Numbered from the stretch's first letter, positions 51,121 to 63,288 are shown. The stretch is 64,000 bases of DNA from Auanema rhodensis (GCA_964057225.1 OZ059898.1:13826001-13890000); one strand, 5' to 3'. Made by a program: numbers and translations. Notes: generated by a model not told the origin, from the letters alone.

Positions 51121-54100
51121 CGTTACATATTGTTTCTTCCCGTCTTTTCATGGTCGGAAGATATATGTACTTCTACCTTGTTCCTTAGGTAGGCAGACCC
51201 GAACGCCCCGATTTCCTTATTAAGACAAATATTTAAAGAGAAAAGGATTCATTATCAGATAACAAGAAAATACAATATAAGAATTACATTAAGAAAGAAT
51301 ACAAAAAGATATAATAGAGTATTAAATAGAAAATATATATAGATGATATAGAGATGAGACTCACATGGCTATAAGACAACCTATCTGGGTCAGGCCAGAA
51401 GCAAGAGTGCCATGTGTGTCCCATGTTGTAGACGGGGCTTGTTCAGGCTCCCGCTATTTGAATAGCGCGCACATGTTTACCATGTGCTTGCAGATGTGAC
51501 ATCCCTCCACCTTAAAAAGTTGAACGTCCTCGTTCAAAAACAAAAATTAATTAATTCACTTTTTAAGATAGTTGGATGTTGGAAAAAAAATCATGGTGTA
51601 GTGGATAAAAAAATGTATACAATACGATTTGAAAGTTTAGCTATTGTCTCTTAAAGTTTGTTGAATTCGAAATGTAGTATCGAGTAGATTCTATTCCATT
51701 CACTTGAGTAGTGAAATGCTTGCAAACGAAGCTTTGCTTCTAAACCATTTGACTGTGATATAGTAGTTCATTTTCTTAAGCTGTACAGGTACGGTGTTAC
51801 TCTGAGAATAGGTCGAGCCCGTTCTGTACAAAAAAATGAAAACTCGTTTGACCCGTATGACTAATGTCCATAAGGTGAATACAAGTAATGATTAAGCATA
51901 ACAAATAGCAAGATTCACAAGAGAATGTTGAAAAAATCTACTCAATGAGAGTTGGAGTAATAAAACAAAACCTTGTAAAATAATAGCAGACTTTTCGGAG
52001 AAAATCAATCAGCAACAAAGAAGTGTTACAATCAGAAATGGCACAAAATAAAAAAAAATTCAACAGTTTGATTTTGTTAAAAAAAACTACCTTCAAGAAA
52101 TTGTGATAACCGGAATAGATTTTGTCCGTTGGTAAGGTTTGACGAAGTCCTTGTGTACTCTTGTGCTTTTTTCTTCATCTGTTTGAACCACGAAGAAAGA
52201 TCTTTGAATTGCTGTAACTAAATAAGGCCCTTCGAATGAAGGTGTCAGTTTGTTTCGTGTAGAATTCACTTTTATCATAACTAAGTCATTAACCTGAATT
52301 TCTTTATTTTGTGTTTTATTTCGTGTATTGTACCGTTGTTCATTCTTCTTTGTGCATGTTTCAATTCTATTTTTTACTATATTAGATGTGCTTTCATTTT
52401 GTATTAGCGATATATTGACAAAATCTTCTGTAGGATTGGCTGGTTCTTCAGTTTGAAGATTATTTCCAGGCAATTGATGGTCAATAGGAAGTCTTGCATC
52501 CCGACCAAATAATACAACATATGGACTAATAAATGTTGATGAGTTTGGTAACGTATTGATCGCGAACATAACTTTGCTATAATAACAACATCAGTTATTT
52601 TGTCGTTTCGAGGCAAAATAATAGATGATTTTGAATAATATTTCGCCTGTTTTGCATGTAATATGCCTTCTCGTTTTTCATACTGGTCTGATATATTAGC
52701 CGGACAGTTATCATTATTAATTTGAGAAAGTGCTTCGCGAATCCAGGGAACTCCAGCTTGAACTTTCCGTATTTCTTCACAATTTAGTTGGTCAATAGAA
52801 GAAATAGTTGTAATATGAGCAATGAAAGCATCAACAGGTTTTACTTTGTCCTTTGGTTTAGTAGGACGACTGTCATTTGCTTCGTTTCCTATATACCTTC
52901 GTTTCCTATATATTTAAAGTTTTAAATGCGTCTGCATGTTCCGATTTCCACTCAAAAGGAGTATCCTTATGTGTTAACTTATACAATGGCTCAGCTATTC
53001 CGGCATAATTTTGATTAAACTGTCGAAAATAGTTAGTCATACCTAGAAAGGATCTGACAGCCGTAACTGTGCCTGGATTTGGAAATTCGGAAACAGCCTG
53101 TATCTTAGCAGGATCTGGTTTAACACCATTTCTACCTATTACAAAACCGAAAAACTTTACTTCAGTGGCTGCAAAGCAACATTTAGATAACTTAATTTTT
53201 AACCCTAGTTCAGTAACCTTTTTCAGCACTTCTTGTATGTCTCTCAAATGTTCTTCAGCTGAGTTCGAGATTATTAACAAATCATCTAGATATACGAACA
53301 GTTTGCATCTAACAAGAGATTGCAAGTATTGTACTGCGGATTGAAAAGTGTGTGGCGCTCCACACAATCCCATAGGCATTCGGCAATACTGATATGTACC
53401 TGATGGAGTGGTAAAAGCAGTTAGGTATTTATCTGAGCGTTTCAACGGTATTTGGAAGAAACCAGAAATGAGATCAAAATTCGAAAAGAACTGAGCTCCA
53501 GCCGCTAAATCTATGATATCAGGAATGTGTGGGATGCTGTATGTTTGTTTCTTAGTAATACTATTCAATGCTGTAAAGTCAGTAACAAACCGGAAAGAAT
53601 TATCTTTCTTTTTCACAAGAACAACCGGTTCAATATCGGATCTTATATAAATGGCATGTTCAACTGGTCCGCAAAAGAGACCAATATTATGATCAAGGTT
53701 GAAAAATGCCGTTTGGTTTTCCTTAATGATTGTGATCAAATTTTTCTTCATTTTATGAGACAGAGTGCAGGAATTGAAGTTCAAATCATCCAAAAGATGC
53801 TGAAGAAAGGTTGGTAACTTATCTTACCAATCAGCTTCAGGTGGAACATAATCGTTCATAATTTCTTTAGATGCTATAAGTCCTGAACCAATGTGGTCAT
53901 TTTTATTAATTTTAATCGGCTTTGAAGAACTGTTTGATACTACCATAGTACTAGGAAAAGGTCCTATGGCGGCATCTGGAATTGAGATAGGACCTGTGCT
54001 ATATTTTAAAAGAGCATATTGATTAAAACCGTAGCTCCAGAATCCCATAATGCTTACAGTCCTCTACCTTCAATGTCAATATGAACAAACGGTAACATGT

Positions 54101-54756
54101 GTCTATCTTTCTTTGTTGTTGTTTGACATACAAAAGGTATGGCTGAAGGAATGTAAGTTATGATGGTGGGAAAATAGCTCCGCATCAATTCATCACTAAC
54201 TGTTTCATGAATCTCATCTCCCTCAAGTGGTGGAGCTGTTGGGCTCAACATGATATGGTTTATTTTTAACATAGAAGTAGGGGAGAGATAACATTTTATA
54301 GTGAAATATAATGCTATCATTAGACATAATATCAGAGTTATACAACCGATGGTAATGAGTGTTCATTGACACAATTGTTAGTTTAGGATTGACAAAAGAT
54401 CACATAACTAACTGGGCAAAGTCTAAAAATTTCAAAAATCCCAATCTTTTGATTTTACAATGTATGGGTATAGAGGAAATTAAACTGGCTACTAGACAGA
54501 TGATTAATAACATGAAATTGTAAGATCTTATCACTCAAGTAGCTCGTCATATAGAAGTTCCTCGGTTAAAAAGATCTTTGATGAAATCTACAACATTCAT
54601 AGAAGATTTCTTTCGAGGAATGGCTCACGCAGTAGTATATCAAGCCACATTTCTTGATGGTACACAAACAGTTCCATCAATGGAACAGTTGGTAAGAGCC
54701 TTATATCCATCTATATTACCACGTAGTGGAAATATGAATCGATCTGAAATTTTTTT
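51121..54756 (-). mobile_element. Ty3/gypsy LTR retrotransposon, 5'-truncated and internally deleted
   Basis: 3' LTR 51121-51501 (minus strand begins TGTCACA) preceded by PPT AAGGTGGAGGGA (51502-51513). Integrase C-terminus with GPY motif (52093-52569). RT 52906-53793. RNase H and integrase core are missing; no 5' LTR seen. Confidence 0.85.
52906..53793 (-). CDS. Ty3/gypsy reverse transcriptase (partial pol)
   Basis: VVLVKKKDNSFRFVTDFTALN, DLISGFFQI, TAFTTPSGTYQYCRMPMGLCGAPHTFQ, YLDD and VRSFLGMTNYFR. Confidence 0.93.
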   Translation of the reverse strand: MDDLNFNSCTLSHKMKKNLITIIKENQTAFFNLDHNIGLFCGPVEHAIYIRSDIEPVVLVKKKDNSFRFVTDFTALNSITKKQTYSIPHIPDIIDLAAGAQFFSNFDLISGFFQIPLKRSDKYLTAFTTPSGTYQYCRMPMGLCGAPHTFQSAVQYLQSLVRCKLFVYLDDLLIISNSAEEHLRDIQEVLKKVTELGLKIKLSKCCFAATEVKFFGFVIGRNGVKPDPAKIQAVSEFPNPGTVTAVRSFLGMTNYFRQFNQNYAGIAEPLYKLTHKDTPFEWKSEHADAFKTLNI

Positions 54757-54844
54757 CAATTTTTTGATCCCTTTTGATCTAATTCCAATAAGTACGAGAC
54801 CATTGCGTCTATCACGTTAACTGTAAAGTATATTCCTTCTACAA

Positions 54845-54926
54845 GCAGTCATGTCCGAGTGGTTAAGGAGATTGACTAGAAATCAATTGGGCTCTGCCCG
54901 CGTAGGTTCGAATCGGGTTGACTGCG
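54845..54926 (+). tRNA. tRNA-Ser(AGA) copy 15, an orphan array unit with an altered T-stem and no T-run terminator
   Basis: Full upstream spacer (54757-54844) plus tRNA; the 3' end reads gaatcgggttgactgcg. Confidence 0.75.
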
Positions 54927-54929
54927 AAT

Positions 54930-57119
54930 GACAACTGGAAGACGCGGTCAATTACGGCGGTTACAAAGCCGAGTACTGTGATAAACACTCAATAGTATTA
55001 CAATCGTTTTAAGGTAGTCCGAGTAAAACGAAACAAGTGAGCTGATTAAGTGAGTGGGTACAAAAAAGCTCGGTATGGTAAACTCGACGTTCAGGAGACT
55101 GAATGTACTGTTTGTAATCTGATGAGTGGACTGTTCAAAACCTATGTATTCGTTCACGTAATACAAGTTGCCTTTGAGATGTAATGTGGCGGAAGTACAC
55201 GGATGAGTACACGTTATAGAGGGTGTTGAAAAATTGCTCTGTATGCGAATAGAGTTGTTGTAACCCTGAGAATTGCATGTAAGCAGAAATTCTTCATCGT
55301 CGCACGAAATTCGAATGTGGGATGATATACTGATGCAAGTAATGATTGTTGTTGCTCTAGTAACACAGTCAAAACATCCAACTAGGTCTTTGGATTTTAG
55401 TTCGCAAATAGTAGGACTATTGTCGTATTCATAAGTGACATCAGAGATATTTGTCCACATTTTAATGTCAACAGCGCTTATGGGATGAGCAAAAATGAGA
55501 TTGTTTTTTGAGATCATGGTCAGAGATGGAAGAGATAATGGCAGGGTGTAGTTATTAGTATAGAACTCGTTAGGATTGTTGTCTTGACAATAGCAAGTTT
55601 CGACTGTTTCGGCTGGTCTGAACATGTTTCTGTTGCAGTACATTCGGAGAATGGGTCAGCGGTTTTAACTTTTCCGCACGAGTATGAAAATGTAGCAGAG
55701 TGAGGTAAAACTTCAATTCTCGAGTTGGAAGTAATGAATCGTCTATGGAGGATTTCATTATCAGAATATGTTATTCCCCCAAGAGTAATATGGTACCCCT
55801 TAATGATTTTTGTAGAGTGTGGTAAAAAGGGGACGTGCGAGATCGTTTCAGTTTTGTTCTCAATAGCTGTATGGATGCTAATCTGGAGAAAAACCCTAGG
55901 TGTCCATCGTGAGCAGTAGAAAACTTCGTGGGTGATATTGTCATTGGGAACATGAAAGTTGCGGTAGAAGAGACAACCAGAAGTTGGTAACGCACAACCG
56001 CATGATAGAAATCCACAGCTTTCTGAACAACAGCTGGTACCTGGATATTGGTTGGCTTATGAGAGTTCTGAGATCGATGTATTGGGTCGAACGTTCGCAC
56101 AAAACGATCCTACACAAGAACCCATATGGGGACTCCGTTTTGCGGATTCAGTTTTTACAATGGTGTGACGTGTAAAAAATAAGGATACTTTCGTGCACAG
56201 TATACGTGTGTACATAAATTTGATGCGCAGATGTGAGTTCGTGAGCGGATTGGCGTATGATCGGTTTGAATGTGAAGTTGTAAAATATACCTCATTATCG
56301 TAAGTATGGAGGGTGGTGGAGCTGCTGATTTGGTTGACTTTGTGTGGAACCGATTTCATCAGAATTTGTACTTTGTGTTCTGTGTTGTCGTGTTCTATCT
56401 GGTGTGATGTTCAAATGTTTTTGTATTCCAGAAAAGAAACTCATCTCTAAGTTTTTTCTGGAGTATTTCATTCTGTTCATGTCATTTTGCAATGTTGTTG
56501 AGTCATGTACTGTAGAGTCAAATGAACTCTGATAGTCATCGAGCTCATCTCGGCGAAGTTGGATAAGTTGAGTATATTCCTCAACTTCGCCTGTGTTCAC
56601 CATGAGATCTCTCTCATCGCAATAGTCCAAAATGCCCTTGATCAGTTTTGCAACTGTGGGCGGATGTTCTTCGCCAATGTCTTTGGTGACAAGTTGGTCG
56701 ATTTCATGAGCTTTCATGGTCTTATGGGCTTGAGGGTGTTTGGCCAACATCCTTTTATAGCTACCTTGGTATAATTCCAACCAAGTTGCTGGGTAGTCCA
56801 CATGGGTGCGTTCCTCGAGCATCACTCGATGTTCGTCTAACTGATCTCGTAGTGATCGGAAGACGTCCCCAACCGGGATGGCTTTATAATATATACGCAT
56901 CAAGCTAGGCTTGTGCGTATGTATGAACTCTTGACATCTGTCGATGTCATCAACCGGGGGGAAGATGAATGCTTGATGGTACGGGAGGATGTCCTCCTTC
57001 ACCGTGTTGAACAACTTCAACGCGTGAGTTATATTTCTTTTTAAACAACTTAACTGTCTTGCTAAGGCAGTCAGGTTACGAGTTTCCTTTTCCGATGGAG
57101 AAGAGGGACTCATAATCAT
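54930..57119 (-). mobile_element. Fragment of an env-bearing LTR retroelement (BEL/Pao-type) with a frameshifted phlebovirus Gc-like glycoprotein and an upstream 274-aa ORF
   Basis: HMGSCVGSFC, CSESCGFLSCGCALPTSGCLFYR (~55960-56035), CYCQD and LVGCFDC match the Phlebovirus G2 cysteine pattern known in nematode Cer/Atlas-type elements. Hydrophobic C-terminus. Confidence 0.8.
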
Positions 57120-57490
57120 TTTGTTTGAAGAGAAATATTATTGTTCAAGTTAATTTTGTGTAGCTCTAGCTAATTTGTTGATTGATTATTAAAATCAACT
57201 GAATTAAAGTCCGAATATAATAGCTGTCGATAGAAGGAATAACAATATAAATATGAGAAAAAAATGTGAAGATAAGAAAAGATGTGCAAGTAATATGGAT
57301 AAGCAAATAATTCACTATGAGAAGGTACAATGAATATTTAGTTGAATATTTGTTAACAGTTTTTTCTTTGGAGAGTTATACTGTTAGTGTTTTCGTGTAG
57401 TTGTTACTGTTTCGCTAAATTACGTGTGTGGAGTCTTTTGTGAAAAAGTGTATGTGTTATCTTTTGAACATATATATATATATACATATA

Positions 57491-58190
57491 CAGTCCTGTG
57501 CGATGAAGGTTGCACACCCACTAGAATCCCTTATACCTTCTCAGACAAACTACAAAAATTCAGAAAAAATATATTTTGGATGTTAAAAAACGATAATGAA
57601 TTCAGAAAAAATCTTTAAAGTTTTAAAAATCATGTTTAAAAGTATTTTCTGAAGTCTCCGAAATTTTCATAAACTGCTTGAAGTCTTTTTTCATGAATTT
57701 CAGAAATTTCATCAAGATTTCAGAAATAATTTTTTGATAGAATGTTAGGAGTACCCTAAACATCAATTTTTCTTTTAAACGGGAGAATTTGGTTGTACGT
57801 CAACCAAGTTCTCTTCATAGATATTCAGTAAGATTCAGATGATGAAGCTTACTTGTTTGAAGCTATGCCATAGGAAAAACTTGGTTATTGATCGAGCTCT
57901 GTGTTTAGAATCATTTTAAAATATTTCTAATGAATTAACTTCTTCCTAATCTCAAATTTTGTTATATTAAGATGAATTATTCAAATTAGTCAAAAAACAC
58001 TATTTTTCTTTATAAATTTAGAAAATAATATTGAAATCAGTTTTTATTATATTAACATTTATTTTTACTGACTATATACTATATAAACTCGCAAAATTTT
58101 TGAAATTAAAAAAAAAATTTTTTTTGTAGTTTGAAGGGGAAATCTGGGGCCTCTAACATAGGGGTGTGCAACCTTCATCGCACAGGACTG
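57491..58190. mobile_element. Non-autonomous Tc1/mariner-type element (MITE), 700 bp
   Basis: Perfect 29-bp TIRs CAGTCCTGTGCGATGAAGGTTGCACACCC (57491-57519; reverse complement at 58162-58190), flanked by TA inside a TA-rich tract; no ORF. Confidence 0.9.
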
Positions 58191-58989
58191 TATATATATG
58201 TATATTTTTTTTTGTTAGTTAAATTAGTATGTTTTTAAATTTTTAACAATTGAGATTGTTCAGGCAAAGATAATTAAATAAGTATCTTTCTCTGGTTAAA
58301 AAAAGAAAAGGTGGATGATTCACTAGATGAGAGAACAATTCAAGTTAAGAGATTACTGTAGGAAATAGAGAGAAAAAATTGAGTTTTTCAAAATCGATCA
58401 AAAAATGTGAGCAAACTAGCTTTGATGAATTCAGTAAGGTTTTCTGAGTAATTTGATACTAAATATGCTGTTGCTTTATTTTTTTTATTTCAAAAAATAT
58501 AATATCAATATTAATTGGTTGAAATATGATATGGATATCCAAAAAGTATTCAAAATAGTATTGTTTGATTGATCAGAAAGTATGTGTATGAAAAGGATGA
58601 GTAATTTGAAACAAAAGATTTATTTCTGAACAGATGAACAAAGGAAATTGTATAAGATAACAGATGTGGATGAAATATAAACTGTCAAATGTGAAATAAT
58701 GAAATTAAAATAAAACAAATTGAATTTATAAAATAACTTACCAACTTAATGTAAATGTATAAAGGATACCAGAGAGTATCAATTCAAATTCAATAAGCGG
58801 TTAAAGTGTTAATGCGAACAAATGAAAACTAACTTGATTCTCTTTGAGGATCCTTGCTGTTGATCGTCCTTGTCTGGTGAATAGGTTAGCAGATGGCGTC
58901 GGGTGTTGTGGCTGGCTGTGGCGACGGAATGAATGACCTGTCTGGCAGCTATTCCGTGTGGGATGTTAAGGGGATGGGCTTGTCTGCAA

Positions 58990-60590
58990 AATGTTTGTGT
59001 GAGATTATTGAATAAGATAATGAAATAGATTTTAAAAAAAATGAGTGGGCTAGCTTCTCATAACTTTCGAAAATGTTTGTGGATCCGTTTTTATTTGATG
59101 ATGACCTAGATAATGTAAAGAAGATGTTTGCGCGGTGCTAATGGCGTTGCATTGGATCAATGACCAGATGGTAACAATCTTTGTCTATATGTCGCCTATC
59201 TTGTCAACAGATTGCCAGAATCGACTTTTTGACACCATTAATGTGTAAATTTTTATTGAACTGTTACTAAATTCATATTTTATGAATTAACATTTGTAGT
59301 ATGTGAAATCGTTGCGATTTTGTGATTTCTCATTATCTCATCTGCGTAGGATGAGATATCATGATGGTTTGTTATTGTTCACAGAAATGTTTCATCTGTG
59401 TAGGTTTTTAACAATATATTTAATGTATTTTGTCCTATAGGACGTGGGTGATGATCTTATATAAGATAAAATATATAAATTTTATGAATTACATGATTTG
59501 GACTCTGACCTTTCTCATTGACCCGTTGGTCGTTACATATGACTCATATTGTTGGAGACAATTGATTTACAAACAATGGATGAACAAAGAAATTCAAAAA
59601 CTATAAGACAAGCCGTAAATAGTAAAAACTCGGAACTCTTTCGCATTTTAATATAAACAACACCAACCGAGAGTGCAAGGGTACCAAACAAACATCAACA
59701 AGTAGGTCAACAGACGTTACTTGTTGATAGGCTCCTTCCACACATGTTCACAAATAATCGTTGATCTCTAGGATACTGACTCCTTTACAGATGAGGAAAC
59801 AGACAGCATTACTCATATAGCAAGGAGGCAACAGGTCTTTTGGTCTAACATGCCTTTTAGTCATCTATTCAATTGATTCACAATTGGTAAAATAACTTTT
59901 GCACTCGAAGTCTATCAAAATTGTTTACAATGAATATTGAAAGTCACCTAAAATATAAAAGATATAAAAAGGTCTCAAAATCAAATAATAAATGAATAAA
60001 TAGCCCTTTTTGACGGTAGCTCTGCTAATTCGTAATTCATATCATTGTTTCTCACTGTCCTCAGTCAGTAGAAATAGGATCGCCATAAAATATGTTTGCT
60101 GGTACTTTGTCGGCATTTTTCTCGTACTCTCGCATATTCTTCTTAGAAAAATATTGTGAAACATAATAAGGGGTGATCAATCCCAGCTGAGTCACTGCCG
60201 GCAAGTTAAAGGAAGTAGCCATTGGGTAATCCAATAGAGTTTATATAGCGAACAACTCACTATGTTTCTTTCTGTAATCATGTGGTACAAAAATATGGTA
60301 ACCAAAATTTTAAATGATGTTTAATTATCACTGGTATCTAGACAATATTTAACAACCAATTATGTCGTACTAACATACGATTCCTTAAAAGTATTTAGAT
60401 CATTGAACTTATACTGTAAAGGACATCCAACGAGTCACTATTAACGAGCAGACTGGCTTGAAGAAAAAAAAAGAAGATATAAAGTAGCGCAATAGAAAGG
60501 TCATAGAGTAGAGAGTGATGCCGATGCACCATTTTGAAGATAAAGGGCTCTTCAAATAGCCTCCCAGGTTCACACTTTCTATTCTATGCC
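58990..60590 (-). mobile_element. Degraded Helitron Rep/helicase remnant
   Basis: Broken minus-strand motifs in Helitron order: GRLF...FKMVHRHHS, YFMAILFLL, QRLFVNM, ADEIM (Walker B-like), GD..RQ.LLP (PIF1 motif III-like). Confidence 0.45.
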
Positions 60591-60920
60591 CTGTTAACAT
60601 AAAAAACTATTATAAGAAGAAAGATTCATTCATATGCCATTCAAATATACATAATACAGAATATAAGGACTAGAAGATATATACTAAGACTAGATAAAGT
60701 ACATAGAAAATGTAATAAGACTACATATACATCACTAATGAGACTAGAGATAGTCTTATTAAAGGACAAGGATAAAACGGTGGTTCACACTAGATGAGTC
60801 ATACGATAAGGACAGCAATGAGGAGAAAAAAGCGACCGTCCGCGACGGTGGTATAAAACAGAGCGCCAGTGAATCTCATCTGCCAACGTGATGAGATTGC
60901 ATCGATTGAATGATGAATAA

Positions 60921-63103
60921 TCAGTGGAAGCACCTTTTTCAGTGGAAGCACCTTTTCTCAAACATAACAACAACACAATATCAGATTCTGTTGATAAAGC
61001 TAACTTACTATCAGAAATGTTTTCTGAACCTTTTTCCACGCCATGCAATAGTCAAAGTTTTCCATGTCCTACAAACAAGTCTGCTGTTACCAGTCCACAA
61101 AAGCATGTCTACATCGAGGAACTTACAGTCTATAAGTTTCTCAGAAACCTTCCTAATCGTGTATGTACGTCACCTGATGGAATCCCCTATTTATTTCTTA
61201 ATAGGTGTGCTCCTTCTCTTGTTCGTCCTATTACATACTTTTTCAATGCCTTTGTGTCGTTTGGTGTTTGTCCTAACGGGTGGAAAACAGCATGGGTTAA
61301 ACCCGTCTATAAATCTGGTAACGTCAGTGATCCTAAAAATTACAGGCCTATCTCTTTAACTGCTTCTATTTCTAAAGTTTTTGAACGCATTATAAGAAAA
61401 GAATTAATAGATTATTTACTTCGTAAAAATCTAATTTGTTCTTCTCAGCATGGTTTTCTTCCTGGTTGTAGCACGTCTACCGCACTTCTGAGTGCTCACT
61501 CTCAATGGAGATGCCTTAAGGAACGCCGCAACACAATTTATACTGCTTTTATTGATTTCTCAAAAGCATTTGATAAAATAAATCATGATATTTTGCTACA
61601 TAAATTACACTCTTTTGGTTTACATAGCTCGCTCATTAAATTTTTCAAACAATTTCTTGCTGGTAGATCATTCTCTGTTGTACAGGGCGATGTTTTATCT
61701 AAACCCCGGGAAATACATTGCGGTGTTCCTCAAGGGACTGTTTTGGGCCCTCTTTTCTTTCTTTTGTATGTTAATGATTTACTGGAAAAATTTACAGGCG
61801 ACACTCAAGCTATTGCTTATGCTGACGATATTAAACTATTTTCGGCAAATGCTCCCAGCCTGCAATGTTCACTTGATTTTCTTTCAGCTTGGTGTAAAAG
61901 CAATGATATGCTCATAAATGTTAAAAAGTCCAAAATCATGGTTATAGGGAAAGTTGAAAGCGCTGTGAGCTTTCAAATCAATGACTGTTTACTTGAATCC
62001 GTCAATAACTTTAAAGATTTGGGAGTTATTATAGACAAAAACCTTTCTTTTGGTTCTCACTTTCAATCAATTACCTCTACCGCTACCAAACGTTGTAAGC
62101 TCATTCTGAGATGCTTCAACAGTTCTTGCCCCAAATTACTCTTCCGTTTGTTTTGTTGCTATGTTAGACCTATATTGGAGTATGCATCTGAGGTTTGGTC
62201 TCCATACCTCAAAAAAGACATTCAATTTATAGAGAGTGTTCAAAAAAGGTTTGTTAACGCTATTTTTAAGCGTGCCAATCTTGAGATTCACGGCTACATG
62301 AATAAGCTCGAGTTCCTCAAGGCAGATGAGCTGATAAACAGACGTGTTATCGCTGATTTTTGCCAATATTTCAGAATAGCAAAGGGTAACTCAATCCTTA
62401 GTAAAACTTTGTTCAGACTAAAAGAGCATCAATATTCATTTCGTCAGCATGATTATCTTTTGGTAGCACCACAGTACTTCTCAAAAGCTGCATTATCAAG
62501 TTTTGAATATCGCTGGATCCAAGATTGGAATGAACTTCATCCCATTTTTGTTAATATTGAGAAAACGTATAATTTTCGTAGCTATCTGAAAAACTGTAAA
62601 TTTCGCAATTGTAAAAATTAATATGTATTGTTGCTATTGTTAACTACATATATATTTCACTATTTTTTTGTTTTTTCGTTTCTGTGAGCTTACTCTACCT
62701 GTTTTCTTGTCTACTTTGTTTACCTGACTCAGTATTTCTCGCGCATCCGACCTATAGACATGAGTCATACGGTCAGAGCGTGGTTATCACTCATTGACAG
62801 AACGGGCTTGACCTTTGTTTTCTTGGTATCACCGCACCTCGTCAACGGTAGAAGTGATAAGCTTTGAATTGTTTCTTATTTCAAAGCTGAGATCATTAAA
62901 AGTCTTCTCACAACAATCGTCAAGAACATACGGTGTTTCAAGTTTCACAAATCGAACATTACGTTAGTGTTCTCTCTTTTTCTTATCTTTTTTCTCAACT
63001 ACCGAAAGGTTAATCTTTTTTTTCACACAACAATATACATTTTTCACTCATTTATTGTAACCTGTGGTATTGTTGAACTGAAATAAATAAATAAATAAAT
63101 AAT
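60921..63103 (+). mobile_element. 5'-truncated CR1/L2-like non-LTR retrotransposon with an (AAAT)n tail
   Basis: Uninterrupted RT ORF, ~480-nt 3' UTR and a gaaataaataaataaataaataat tail at 63080-63103. No endonuclease domain present. Confidence 0.9.
60924..62621 (+). CDS. Non-LTR (CR1-type) reverse transcriptase, partial ORF2
   Basis: SPDGI, NYRPISLT, QHGF, IDFSKAFD, GVPQGTVLGP, YADD, KDLGV and YVRPILEYASEVWSP. Confidence 0.95.
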   Translation: MEAPFSVEAPFLKHNNNTISDSVDKANLLSEMFSEPFSTPCNSQSFPCPTNKSAVTSPQKHVYIEELTVYKFLRNLPNRVCTSPDGIPYLFLNRCAPSLVRPITYFFNAFVSFGVCPNGWKTAWVKPVYKSGNVSDPKNYRPISLTASISKVFERIIRKELIDYLLRKNLICSSQHGFLPGCSTSTALLSAHSQWRCLKERRNTIYTAFIDFSKAFDKINHDILLHKLHSFGLHSSLIKFFKQFLAGRSFSVVQGDVLSKPREIHCGVPQGTVLGPLFFLLYVNDLLEKFTGDTQAIAYADDIKLFSANAPSLQCSLDFLSAWCKSNDMLINVKKSKIMVIGKVESAVSFQINDCLLESVNNFKDLGVIIDKNLSFGSHFQSITSTATKRCKLILRCFNSSCPKLLFRLFCCYVRPILEYASEVWSPYLKKDIQFIESVQKRFVNAIFKRANLEIHGYMNKLEFLKADELINRRVIADFCQYFRIAKGNSILSKTLFRLKEHQYSFRQHDYLLVAPQYFSKAALSSFEYRWIQDWNELHPIFVNIEKTYNFRSYLKNCKFRNCKN

Positions 63104-63116
63104 CGCGTTCGCGATA

Positions 63117-63181
63117 GTTAAGGAGATTGACTAGAAATCAATTGGGCTCTGCCCGCGTAGGTTCGAATCCCGCTGACTGCG
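63117..63181 (+). pseudogene. 5'-truncated tRNA-Ser copy 16
   Basis: Starts in the D-loop (gttaaggagattgactaga...) right after the LINE tail. Confidence 0.85.
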
Positions 63182-63288
63182 AATATTTTGCACTAGAATA
63201 CACTTTTTTTATCCCTTTTGATCTAATTCCAATCAGTACGAGATCATTGCGTCTATCACTTTAACTGTAAAGTATATTCCTTCGATAA

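Noticed and set aside
54578-54820. 80-aa plus-strand ORF
   Set aside because: It runs from TE-derived sequence into the tRNA spacer and has no recognisable motif.
60788-60825. Hammerhead ribozyme (ctagatgagtc...gac)
   Set aside because: The core is not CTGATGA and the GAAA after stem II is absent.
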